Below, piece after piece: positions 39,908-50,813 of a stretch of DNA of 64,000 nucleotides. The stretch is taken from the NCBI GenBank assembly GCA_951406725.2, contig OX597829.1, positions 52,266,001-52,330,000 on the forward strand, given 5' to 3'. Below the pieces are notes generated by a model. The model saw nothing but the letters and a program-made list of their open reading frames with translations, searched no databases and was not told the origin of the DNA. A program made the translations under genes and the position numbers. Within the stretch, counting starts at the first letter, position 1. Every line of letters starts with the position of its first letter. This stretch comes from Octopus vulgaris (Eukaryota).

Positions 39908-40302
39908 TTTGTATGTGTGTGTGTGTCCGTGTTTGTCCTCTACCACTGCTTGACAACTGGTGTTGGTGTGTTTATGTCCCTATAACTTAGCTGTTCAGCA
40001 AAACAGATCAATAAAATAAGTACCAGGCTTTTGAAAAAAATAAGTACTGGAGCCAATTCACTTAGCTAAAATGCTCCAGCATGGCCAATGTCTAATAACA
40101 GAAACAAATAAAGATAAGATATCGTTCAGTGTCTGGTTTGATCCAGATTTCCTGGTCAAAAGGATCATCAAAGTTTTGTGAGATTTCCCTGATTGACCCC
40201 CCTAAGCAGCTATCGTATGTATTGGGTGGGGTGGGGGGGGGGATCTTGTTATTCTTTGCTTTTGTTACCATTTTTTTTGCATGCCTTTTGTAAACCCCTC
40301 AC

Positions 40303-40353
40303 CTGTGTATTGTATTGTATCGCATTGTCTTTGTTTTCTTCAGGCTCTTGTAG
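40303..40353 (-). other. Candidate 51-nt internal exon
   Basis: cttttgactag|CTACAAGAG...ACACAG|gtgagg; phase 0-0 reading LQEPEENKDNAIQYNTQ. Confidence 0.4.
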
Positions 40354-41159
40354 CTAGTCAAAAGCGTTATACCATCACCATCATCACACCCCCCACCACC
40401 ACCACCACTTTGTATGCTTTTCATCTCATTTTCCTCTTCCTTGCTTCCTCTCATCTTTTTATTCCCAACAGAAATTGTAAACTGTCCTTGTAATGTACCC
40501 CTCATCAGATGATGCTGTGGAAAAGAAAATAAATCCCCTTCTTTCCTCCCTCTTCCTTCTCCTCCACCTCCTTCTCTTCCTTCTTTACCTCTTCCTCTTC
40601 CTCCACCACCACCACCAGGTCGTCCATGTAGAGCAATTGAGATCATCTTGTCAAACACTTTGTACCCATAATTTGTTTTATTCAGCTTGTGGGACAAGGG
40701 AATGAGGGAAAGACAGGAGAGGAAAGAGTGAATTGCCCTGGACTATCCCATGATCTATTCTGATGTTCTCTGACACATATGATCCTTCCTCATTGTTGAG
40801 AAATAATTTTGTGTTCCACAGTCCCATACTGTGTTGTAGAAAACCTTTCACGAAAGGGGAGATCTTGTATATATTTAGTGCCTTTAAAATCCAGCTATGT
40901 GGGACACCATCAAATGCCTCATGGTAATCAATCTATGCTGTGCTAAGATTTCATTTTTTGGATGAGCAATTTTTAAGTGTCACAAAATTTGTTAATAGCT
41001 GATCTCTGCAATAATATGAGTTTCTTTTGCACCCTTTTTGTTCAAGGGGAAGGATGTTGTTTCCATTGAGAAATTGAAATGGCTTGAAAGTCATAAACAT
41101 GCCAACGGGAAATAACATCATTAGGTGAGACAAGCTGACTGACAGGTGACAGTTGTTTA

Positions 41160-41740
41160 GAAAAAGCGCGGACTGAAACTACGCGCCTTCACTAGTCAGT
41201 TAAGGTGAGACAGTGTCACGTGACAACTTGCTGGGGCTGCCTGCTGGAGCCTATGCGGCAGGTATTTAATGGGAGAAATTTGACAAGACAGTCAGTCACC
41301 GGCTGACACTCGCTGATGATACATCGAAGAGGCCAGGGAACAGAAGAAAGAAGACATGCACCCAACACCAGAACTGAAGACACCTCCGAAAGGTGGGGGC
41401 CAGCCACGTCAAAACGGTAGAGGAGTAGGGGCCGAAACTGGACGTGGTTTCTCCTGATGATGTCTTGAGCTAACAGGATCCTATGAAGGAGCTGTTGTGG
41501 TAGCAGACCACGAAACACGGTTGTAATTCCTCCTTTCATTGAGGATGGATGCAAGTAGTTTGTACATAGTGGTCAAACAAGTGATTGGCCTGCAGCTTTT
41601 TTGATTTGTGTCGCTCATTATAGGGAGTAGGTATATTGCTCCTAAAGTTAGTCAGCTTGGAGTCTTTTCGGGGTTTCTGATGATGCTAGAGAAACATTCC
41701 ATTAACTGATGGTGTGATGAGGAAAGGCCAGAAGTTTGGG
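41160..41740 (+). mobile_element. GC-richer LTR or pseudo-LTR-like segment, unclassified
   Basis: Contains TATTTAA and several CTGA(T/A)GA motifs, one followed by a long stem and GAAAC (41454-41522). Confidence 0.3.
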
Positions 41741-41959
41741 ATTTTATCATATCCAGGAGACTTCCACTTATGAGCTTCGGATAGAACTAGAGTTGGTTCC
41801 TGCATTGTAATATCATTGTTATTATTATTATATATTCTGAGTTCAAATTCAACCAAGGTTGACTTGGCCTTTCATCTTTTTAGGGTTGCATACTGGGGTC
41901 GATCTAATTGACTATTCCCCTCCGCCAAATTTCAGGCCTTCGGCCTATAACAGAAAGGA

Positions 41960-41992
41960 TTATTATTATTATTATTATCATTATTATTATTA

Positions 41993-42063
<71 letters not shown>

Positions 42064-42074
42064 TGTTGTTGTTG

Positions 42075-42130
<56 letters not shown>

Positions 42131-42133
42131 AAT

Positions 42134-42215
<82 letters not shown>
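41960..42215. repeat. (ATT)n/(GTT)n compound microsatellite
   Basis: Seen directly. Confidence 0.98.
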
Positions 42216-42221
42216 CATATT

Positions 42222-43110
42222 AAGGCAGTGTGCTGGCAGAATCGTTAGCACGCTGGGCGAAATGCTTAGTGGTATTTCGCCCATCACTATGTTCTGAGTT
42301 CAGTTTTGCCTTTCATCTTTTCAGTGTTGATTACATAAGTCCCAGTTATGCTCTGTGGTCGATATAATTGTCTTAATCCCTTCCCCAAGCTGCCCTTGTG
42401 GCAAAAATTTGAAATCATAAAGGAAGTGAGCTGGCAGAATTGTTTGCATGCTGAATGAAATGCTTAGCGGTATTTCGCCTGTCGCTATGTTCTGAGTTCA
42501 AGTTCCACTGAGCTTGACTTTTCATCCTTTCAGGGTCGATAAATTAAGTACCAGTTGAGTACTGGGGTCGATGTAATCGACTATTCCCGCTCCCCCAAAT
42601 TTCAGGCCTTGTGCCTATAATAGAAAGGATTATTATTATTGTTATTATTATTATTATTAGTAGTAGCTGGCAGAATTGTTTGCATGCTTGGCAAAATGCT
42701 TAGCGGCGAGCTAGCAGAATCGTTAGCACGTCGGGCGAAATGCTTAGCGGTATTTCGGCTGCCATTACGTTGTGAGTTCAAATTCCGCCGAGGTTGACTT
42801 TGCCTTTCATCCTTTCAGGGTCGATAAATTACATACCAGTTAAGCACTGGGGTCGATATAATCGACTTAATACCTATGTCTGTCCATGTTTGTCCCCTCT
42901 ATGTTTAGCCCCTTGTCGGTAATAAAGAAATAGGTATTTTGTCTGTCTTTATGTTCTGAGTTCAAATTCCTCCAAGGTCAACTTTGCCTTTCATCCTTTC
43001 GGGGTTGATAAATTAAGTACCAGCGATTACTGGGGATGATGTGATTGACTTACCCCCTCCCTACAAAATCCAGGCCTTGTGGCCTATAGTAGACAGAATT
43101 TTTATTATTA
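42222..43110 (+). mobile_element. Head-to-tail cluster of SINE family B copies
   Basis: Four to five repeats of gctggcagaatcgttagcacg...gagttcaaattcc...ttcatcctttc, partly separated by ATT tails. Confidence 0.85.
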
Positions 43111-43264
43111 TCTAACTGTTCGACATTCAGCAGATTGAAGAAAATTTTTACTGCATCACCTATTAGACTACGGCCATGCTGGAGCACCGCCTTGAAGAAT
43201 TTTTAGTCACAGAAAAATCAGCATTAAAATTTAAAGTCTTTTGTTTTCTTCTCTCGGCACTTAC

Positions 43265-43400
43265 AGCTTAATGAGAATGAGCCGACTTTTTGAATCTTCT
43301 CCGACCGTTGACGGTCTAACAGAAATATGGCGCCCAAGGCAAGTCATTCAAACATATGTCTTATCGCTTTTATGTTTCTACACATTTCTTGAAGTAAACG
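43265..43400 (-). other. Candidate first or alternative exon on the - strand
   Basis: Consensus donor AAGCT|gtaagtg at 43265/43264, CpG-rich, contains YY1-like CGCCATATTT; short frame MTCLGRHISVRPSTVGEDSKSRLILIKL. Confidence 0.35.
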
Positions 43401-43531
43401 CTTTCCCTTCTGTTAGAATTCAGACAATATGTACATTGGGTAGTAAAGAGTCTTATATGTTATTCTGTTCTACTTATTTTCGATTGAATATATTTTATTT
43501 ACTTAAAAACTGGAATTTTAGAAGATAAAAG

Positions 43532-43943
43532 GGATCTTTTCGGTTTGAACGGTAGTTTTTTCTAGTGGTGTCATATGAAATTGTCACCCATAATTATGAC
43601 CCTAGTATCGATCTATTGCATTTCAATCTATTTTAAGGTTAGAGTTAGGGTTAGGGTTATGGGTGGGGGAAGGGTATCTTTTTTCTTCAGAAATGTAAAT
43701 AAACCCAATCTGTTTCTTAAACGAGGGACATATTCATACGGCACAGAATGTTGTTTACCTCAATGGACGCCAGTGATTGGTTGAAATTGCAGAAATTGAA
43801 GAAAAAACAACAAATATCTTACAAACTATAGAATGCTCTCAATAAAGCCAAAAGAAAAAGAAAAGATGTATACGAAGTTTGAAATTTTTTAGTTACCTAG
43901 AAATTTATTATGTTAAAAACTGTCGTTCAAACCGAAAAGATCC
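43532..43943. mobile_element. Merlin-like MITE, copy 1
   Basis: TIR GGATCTTTTCGGTTTGAACG; 8-bp TSD gataaaag/aataaaag; internal TTAGGG-like repeats. Confidence 0.75.
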
Positions 43944-44599
43944 AATAAAAGTTTTTTTACAACTGCATTTCCGTTTTTATTTACGTGAAATTATATAAAA
44001 AAAATTTTAATATTTGGCTGTTATTTCTAACTTGTGGAGAGACCTAGGCTTAACTTCATGCGCTGGTTGAACATCATAAAAAAAATTCTGGGGTCGATAC
44101 ATTCGACTAAAAATTCCTCAAGGTTGTGCCCAAGCAAAATTGCTTTCGCATAAACTAAAGTAATTTTTTTTTATTACGTTACCTTGGAATACTGCTGTGA
44201 CTTCGGCTTCGTAAACGACTGAGTTTATCAAGTCGTTTATGAAGCCGAAGAACACAATGTAGCGAACAAGCTACAGTAATAGCTAAGCGGGGATTCGAAA
44301 CCGAATCCAGATTTTTATACATTGTCAAACAAGTTCTCAATTGTTTTAGCCTGTTTGCACTCAGAGATTAATAGGAATGTGCTGATCTTTGAGTGCAAAA
44401 AGGCTAAAACACTTAGGTTGAAAATTTGTTTGACAATGTATAGAAATGTGGATTTGGTTTCGAATCTCGGCTTAGCTATACTGTAGTTCACTACAAGATC
44501 TAATTAACTGTCAGTCTGTCAATGTTATTATACTACAATATAAAACAAAAATAATCGCCCAAGTTTTATAACTAAAAGACGATATTTATTCAAAATATG

Positions 44600-44982
44600 G
44601 GATCTTTTCGGTTTGAACAGCAGTTTTTCTAGCAGTGTTATATGAAATTGTCACCCATAATTATGACCCTAGTATCGATCTATTGCATTTCAATGTGTTA
44701 GGGTATCTCTTTTTCTTCAGAAATATAAATAAACCCAATCTGTTTCTTAAACGAGGGACATATTCATACGGCACAGAATGTTTATTACCTCAATAGACGT
44801 CAGTGATTGGTTGAAATTGAAGAAAAAAAAACAACAAATATCTTACAAACTATAGAATTTTCTCAATAAAGCCAAAAAGAAAAAGATGTTTTATAAACAC
44901 ATTCTACCAGTATACGAAGTTGAAAAGTATTTAGTTACGTGGAAATTAATTTTAAAATCTGCCGTTCAAACCGAAAAGATCC
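44600..44982. mobile_element. Merlin-like MITE, copy 2
   Basis: Same TIR; perfect 8-bp TSD aaaatatg. Confidence 0.8.
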
Positions 44983-45147
44983 AAAATATGAACAGGAATA
45001 TATTTTAGAAAAGAAAGACAAAGAAAAAAAAAGGAAAAAAAAAGGGGGGGGGGGTAGCACCAGTGCAGGACTAAGTGCTTCAATTGGTCGCCCACGACAA
45101 GTTTCAACGGAATCTACTGAAGCAAGCCAGCACGCTCACGGCTTTAC

Positions 45148-45222
45148 CTCGGGCGATGGCTCACCTGACAACGATGACAAAAACTTCGCCGTTAGTGGCC
45201 CAATTCTGATAGATAAGTTTTC
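45148..45222 (-). CDS. Candidate coding exon 2 of an unrecognised - strand gene
   Basis: Acceptor tttttttaatttgtgtgctataacag|GAA; donors CAG|gtgagc (45165) or GAG|gtaaag (45148); frame ENLSIRIGPLTAKFLSSLSGEPSPE. Confidence 0.35.
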
Positions 45223-45470
45223 CTGTTATAGCACACAAATTAAAAAAAGTAAGAACAAAACTATGTCGGGGAACAAAGCTATGTATTTTATACAATACCC
45301 TGAGCATTTTCATAGTTTTCCCAACAATCTAAAGAGCATAAGAAAAAATATTAACTTTTTGTCGCTTCTCGGTATGTCATCAGAATAAATGTACTTCGTC
45401 TTATTTAACTACATGTAATTTTCAGATAGTTATTAACTTCTGAAATGCAGAGATTACGATTCAACAATAC

Positions 45471-45638
45471 ATAAATGTCTTGTCCATCTGTCTGCTTGTC
45501 TTCTGCTGATGAATTGTCATTGAAGCTTTGCGAGGGCTCGAGAGTAACGAACGGATCCCCAAAGCAGTCAAGTTCAGCAGCACCACGCCGCAGTTTCTGC
45601 AATTTTTGATGGAAACAACCATTTATTGTTGTTGTCAT
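45471..45638 (-). CDS. Candidate coding exon 1 of an unrecognised - strand gene
   Basis: ATG at 45638, 56 codons MTTTINGCFHQKLQKLRRGAAELDCFGDPF...DGQDIY, weak donor TAT|gtattg; non-repetitive and GC-richer than its flanks. Confidence 0.35.
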
Positions 45639-46227
45639 TGAGTTGGTGAATAAAAATACGTTTCTTGGGCTGCGTGAAGAAGTAAATAAACAACTACTGC
45701 GAACATTTAATAGAAGAATTTATTGCTGGACGTAAAGACAAATTGCATTAGCCATTCACAAATTAGCAACAATTTCAGACTGAGAGAGAAGGAAAAGCTC
45801 TGCCGCGTGAAAAGAAGTAACTTATGAGGTTGTGTGAATGTTTAGTTCAGTCTGTCCTAGAACCTGGAGATGTCCGTGCAACTGTCCGGAACTAATTGAT
45901 GGCAAGAATGAGGGCACATTTCGCTCAACTCCCTCAACATTCTGTCTGGCAAGCCGTGAGACGTGCGAGCACATTAATTACTGAACGAAAGGGAAATAAA
46001 CACCAGATAATTTTTGCCCCATGTAGAAACTACAGGAGGGAAAAACTTCCTCCCGCCCCTCATCCCCATTTTCGCGCAAATTATTGTTTTTTTAAAATTT
46101 TTTTTGCCAAAACCCCACATTTTCAGATACGGAGATTCCGGAAAATTGCCAAAAATCGGTATTTTGAAATTTTTTGCACCTTCCCTTACTCCCCATCAAT
46201 TTCTTCATTTTTCACTTTTTTCGTAAA

Positions 46228-46305
46228 CCTAACCGTAAAACCCTAACCCAAACCTTAAAACCCTAACCCTAACCCTAAAACCCCAACCCGAACTCTAACC
46301 CTAAA
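46228..46305. repeat. Interstitial degenerate (CCCTAA)n tract inside an unclassified element (~46020-46560)
   Basis: cctaaccgtaaaaccctaacccaaacc...ccctaaccctaaccctaa. Confidence 0.75.
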
Positions 46306-46654
46306 TTTTGGAAATTTTTTCAGAATCATAATATCCGTATTATGATATCTGCATATTTAAAAAAAAAAAATTTCTGAAAAAAGTTTAAAATGAAGAGCGT
46401 GTGTGTGTGTGTGTGTGTGGTGGGGGGTAATTTCAAAATGCCATTTTTTTTTTGCAGATTCGTATTCTCCGTAGACGAAAACGGGGGTTTGTGTAGGACA
46501 AAAAAGAAATAAATAAGAAAAAAAGGGGTGTTTTTTGGGGGAGGTACAAAGCGTTTCATCGATCAAGTCTTCGTATTTGGTTTTCTTCAGCAGGTGAGAA
46601 ATGCCAAATTTGTCCTTCCAGAATACTGTGAGTTCAATCACAATGATTGTTTTT

Positions 46655-47380
46655 GCACTCCTGGATAGCAGAGGCTACAGTACGGACACCATATGGCGAC
46701 AGAGATTGGTTTGAGATTGGAAAAGGCACTCGGCAAAGTTGCATCCTGTCACCAGCAGCCTTCAACATGTACGCTGAAAAGGTCATGAGGAATACAGGCC
46801 TGGAGGATAGCAGCATTGGGGTGAGGATTGGAGGAAGAAATATTAATAACCTTCGCTATGCAGATGATTCAACCCTGCTGGCAGAAAATAATAAGGATCT
46901 AGAGAATCTTATCCTGCTGGTCAAGAAAGAGAGTGAGAAATTTGGGCTGTACCTCAATGTCAAGAAAACGAAGATCATGTCAACAGCAGCCACAACAAAC
47001 ATCAGCATCAAGATCGTTAATGAAGAGATCGAAGTGGTTGATGATTTCATCTTCATTGGCTCCAAAATAAATCGAGATGGTGACTGCACTCCAGAAATAA
47101 GGCGGTGGATAGTACTAGGCAAAGAGGCAACGGTCAGCATGAGCAGGGTCTGCTACCAAATGCAGATTGGTGAATGCAATCGTCTTCCTAATAGCAACAT
47201 ATGGATGCGAGACCTGGACTCTAAAGAAAGCTGACCAGAAGAGAATTAATGCATTCGAGCTTTGGTGTTGGAGAAGATTTTTACGGATTCCATGGACAGC
47301 GAGGCTCACCAATCAAGTTCTGAACCAGATCAAGCCGAAACTGTCGCTAGAAGCTAGGATCACCAAGCATAGATTGATAT
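46655..47380 (+). mobile_element. RTE-BovB-like LINE reverse transcriptase fragment
   Basis: GKGTRQSCILSPAAFNMYAE, NINNLRYADD, LNVKKTKIM, then a frameshift to ATYGCETWTLKKADQKRINAFELWCWRR; truncated at both ends. Confidence 0.92.
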
Positions 47381-47431
47381 AGATACGGCCCATTTACAAG
47401 CTACTAGGTTGTTATAATTAGTACTCATTTC

Positions 47432-49780
47432 GGTCAACATACAGTTTGAGACCCGTTAACGGAAAAAAAATCCATCTCACTTGGTGTAAAAACTGTGTAG
47501 AAAGAAAACAAATATAAAAATAAAATTGCGCAAACGAACGGGGGAGGGGCGGAGAGGAGTTTCGGAAAATTCACAAGATCTGATTTTCCCTTTGTGACTT
47601 TCAGGAAAATAGATATATAGGCACAGGAGTGGCTGTGTGGTAAGTAGCTTGCTTACCAACCACATGGTTCCGGGTTCAGTCCCACTGTGTGGTACCTTGG
47701 GCAAGTGTCTTCTACTATAACCTTGCGCTGACTGAAGCCTTATGAGTGGATTTGGTAAATGGAAACTGAAAGAAGCCCGTCGTATATATGTATGTATGCG
47801 TGTGTATATGTTTGTGTCTATGTTTATTCCCACCCCAACATCGCTTGACAACCGATGGTGGTGTGTTTACGTCCCCGTAACTTAGCGGTTCGGCAAAAAA
47901 GACCGATAGAATAAGTACTAGGCTTACAAAGAATAAGTCCTGGGCTCGACTAAAGGCGGTACTCCAGCATGGCCGCAGTCAATATGACTGAAACATGTAA
48001 AAGAGTAGTGAAATCTTATAGAAATACTGTTCAAATGGCACAAATTACAATTTTAAAGAAATTTCTGGGGAAAATTTTTTCCCGAAGAGGTTTCCAAAAG
48101 TACTCTCCCCACGCCCACATTCGTTTAGTCAAACTTTTTTCATATTCTTTTACATCTAGTAGGCTGGGTTTCTTTTTGTTTTCGTTAACGGGTCTCAAAC
48201 TGTATATTGACCCTAATTTCTGTCGGAGTTCACACGATCCGTTTTCTTCCCCTCATAATTTTCAGGATCTAGCTTAGCGCCAGGTCACCAAAACGGAAAA
48301 AAAAAGACTCTATTGTAACGGGTGTAAAAAATAATGTATAGAAAACGAATATGAGAAAAAAAAATTACGCAAATAAATGGGGGGAGGCAGGCAAGTTATC
48401 CTTTCCTCTCTCGAATCGTTACCGTCAAATAATTACCAACCAAGACGTAGGTGTATACATGTGTGTTTGCGCAAATTTTTATTTTCATATTCGTTTTCTT
48501 TCCGTTACACCAATTAGACTGGTTTCTTTTCGTTTTGGTGACCGAGCGCTAAACTAGATCCTGAAAGTTATGAGGAGGAGCGGGGGGGGTGTCGGACCGT
48601 GTGAACTTTCCGACAGTCCTCTCCCCACCCCTTCGGAAAAGCATTTCCCCACAAATTTGTTTATAATCGTAACCTAAGCTGCTTGAAAGGTGTTTCTGTA
48701 AAATTTTATTAAAAGATAGCCATTTTTCCTGAAAGTTATGAGGGAAAAACCGGATCTTGTGAATTTTCCGAAAGTCTCCACCCCCCCGTTAGTTTGTGCA
48801 ATTTTTTTCATATTCGTTTTTTACACATTTTTATTTACACCTATTAGACTTTTTTTTTTCGTTTTGGTGACCGGGCGCTAAACAAGATCCTGAAAGTTAT
48901 AAAGGCAAAAAACCGGATCGTGTGAACTTTCCAACAGTCCTCTCCCCATCCTTTCGGAAGAACATTTCCCCTACAAATTTCTTTATAATCGTAATCTATG
49001 CTGTTCGAAAGGTGTTTCTGTAAAACCTCATTAAAAGATATCCATTTTCCTGAAAGTTACGAGGGAAAAAACGGATCATGTGAATTTTCCGAGTCTTCTC
49101 CCCATCCCTTCGGGGAAAAAAATTTCCCCAGAAATTTCTTTATAATAGTAATTTGCGTCATTTGAAAGGTATTTCTATAAAATTTCATGAATATATATCC
49201 ATTTTCCTGAAAGTTAAAAGGGGAAAATCGAATCCTGCGAATTTTCCAAAAGTACTCTCTCCACCCCCACATTCGTTTTTTTTCTCTCTTTTTCTTTTTT
49301 ACTTGTTTCAGTCATTTGACTGCGGCCATGCTGGAGCACCGCCTTTAATCGAGCAACTCGACACCGGGACTTATTCTTTGTAAGCCCAGTACTTATTCTA
49401 TCGGTGTCTTTTTGCCGAACCGCTAAGTTACGGGGACATAAACACACCAGCATCGGTTGTCAAGCAGTGCTAGGGGGACAAACACAGACACACAAACATA
49501 CACACATATATATATATACATATATCCGACAGGCTTCTTTCAGTTTCCGTCTACCAAATCCACTCACAAGGCATTGGTCGGCCCGAGGCTATAGCAGAAG
49601 ACACTTGCCCGAGATTCCACGCAGTGAGACTGAACCCGGATTTATGTGGTTGGTAAGCAAGCTACTTACCACAGAGCCACTCCTGCGCCTATAGTCAAAC
49701 TTTTTTTCATATTCTTTTACACCTAGAAGGCTGGGTTTCTTTTTGTTTTCGTTAACGGGTCTCAAACTGTATATTGACCC
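47432..49780. repeat. Complex TIR-bearing repeat array with ~160-bp units and two nested SINE A copies
   Basis: TIR GGTCAA(C/T)ATACAGTTTGAGACCCGTTAAC at 47432 (+), 48184-48213 (-) and 49751-49780 (-). TCCTGAAAGTTA at 48559, 48727, 48888, 49048 and 49205. SINEs at 47619-48008 and 49290-49690. Confidence 0.8.
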
Positions 49781-50339
49781 CCATTTCTTCAAATATAATT
49801 TTCCTCTCATTTTTAAGTTCTTCTAGTTCTCTTTCTTCTCTCAAACATTTCAAAAGTTCTGACCGTGTTCTTTCTAAATCTTGAATCTTCGTTTTTATCT
49901 CAGCTTTTAACTTTTACATATTTTTCTTTTTGCTCTCTTATGCATTCTAAAACTATAGAATGTTTTGTTTTCCCAAATTTTGAAAATCGATTTCCATATC
50001 ATCTTTTAGCTTTTTAGATATTTCTTTCTTCACTTTTATTCTAGAAGGGTTGAACGTGTTCTTTGCAAATCTAAATAAATAATTTTCTCCTCTCCATATT
50101 GTAGGTCTATGCGTCTCCTATGTCTTAAGATTTTTGAACATGTTCTTTTCCACTTTGCCAAATGTCTATAGGACTCCCGATAAGACATCTTCGTCTGTGT
50201 CTAAAACTGCAACAACTACCACAGAAATTCCTATTTCTTTACTACCCATAAGGGGCTAAAACTACCACAGAAATTCCGTTAATGGAAAAAAACCCCGTTA
50301 CTTTTATACATAAAAATATGAAAATACACACACACACAC

Positions 50340-50385
50340 ATCTATCTATCTATCTATCTATCTATCTGTCTGTCTGTCTGTCTGA

Positions 50386-50456
<71 letters not shown>

Positions 50457-50460
50457 CCTG
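50340..50460. repeat. (TCTA)n/(TCTG)n microsatellite
   Basis: Seen directly. Confidence 0.98.
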
Positions 50461-50589
50461 TCTGTCTCACTCTGTCTCTCTGTCTATCTATGAAAGAGGG
50501 AGATAGAGCGCATGAGTGTAAGTAAAGGAAGAAAAGAAAGCGAAAGAAGAGGAGGTGAGAGATAGAGATAGATTAATAGAGCTGTTTTG

Positions 50590-50810
50590 TATTAGTCCAT
50601 TCCTCACGCACTCCTCTTGAAGAAAGAAGGGGAGGAGAGAGATAGAGAGAGAGAGAGTTCTTCTCTATTAGTTTATTATTCCTCACGCTTTCCTCTTGCT
50701 GCTGCTGCTGCTTTTGTGTTTTGTTCAACCCGACGTTCACTCAGTGCTGTCCTTAAAGCAAACTTCGGCGTTGTTGGTTCAAATTAAGCTTCTCAACACC
50801 TCAAGCAATC
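50590..50810 (+). promoter_or_regulatory. Probable core promoter and 5' UTR of a + strand gene
   Basis: GA-rich upstream tracts, duplicated ATTAGT...ATTCCTCACGC..TCCTCTTG motif, pyrimidine-rich TCT/TOP-like CTTTCCTCTT, within the CpG-rich zone. Confidence 0.5.
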
Positions 50811-50813
50811 ATG
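50811..50813 (+). CDS. Start-codon-only first coding exon of an unidentified gene
   Basis: gcaatcATG|GTAAGTA: purine at -3 and a perfect donor. Next exon not identified; a candidate acceptor ttcatttcag lies at 63993. Confidence 0.6.

Noticed and set aside
43327-43345. + strand ATGGCGCCCAAG|gcaagt (M-A-P-K with a GC donor)
   Set aside because: Non-canonical donor and no downstream exon found; the - strand GT donor nearby is a better fit.
44939-45388. 149-aa + strand ORF
   Set aside because: It starts inside a MITE TIR, runs through poly-A/G tracts and has no recognisable domain.
47619-47690. tRNA-like A/B boxes, here and at other SINE heads
   Set aside because: These are SINE heads with no complete cloverleaf, so no tRNA gene is called.
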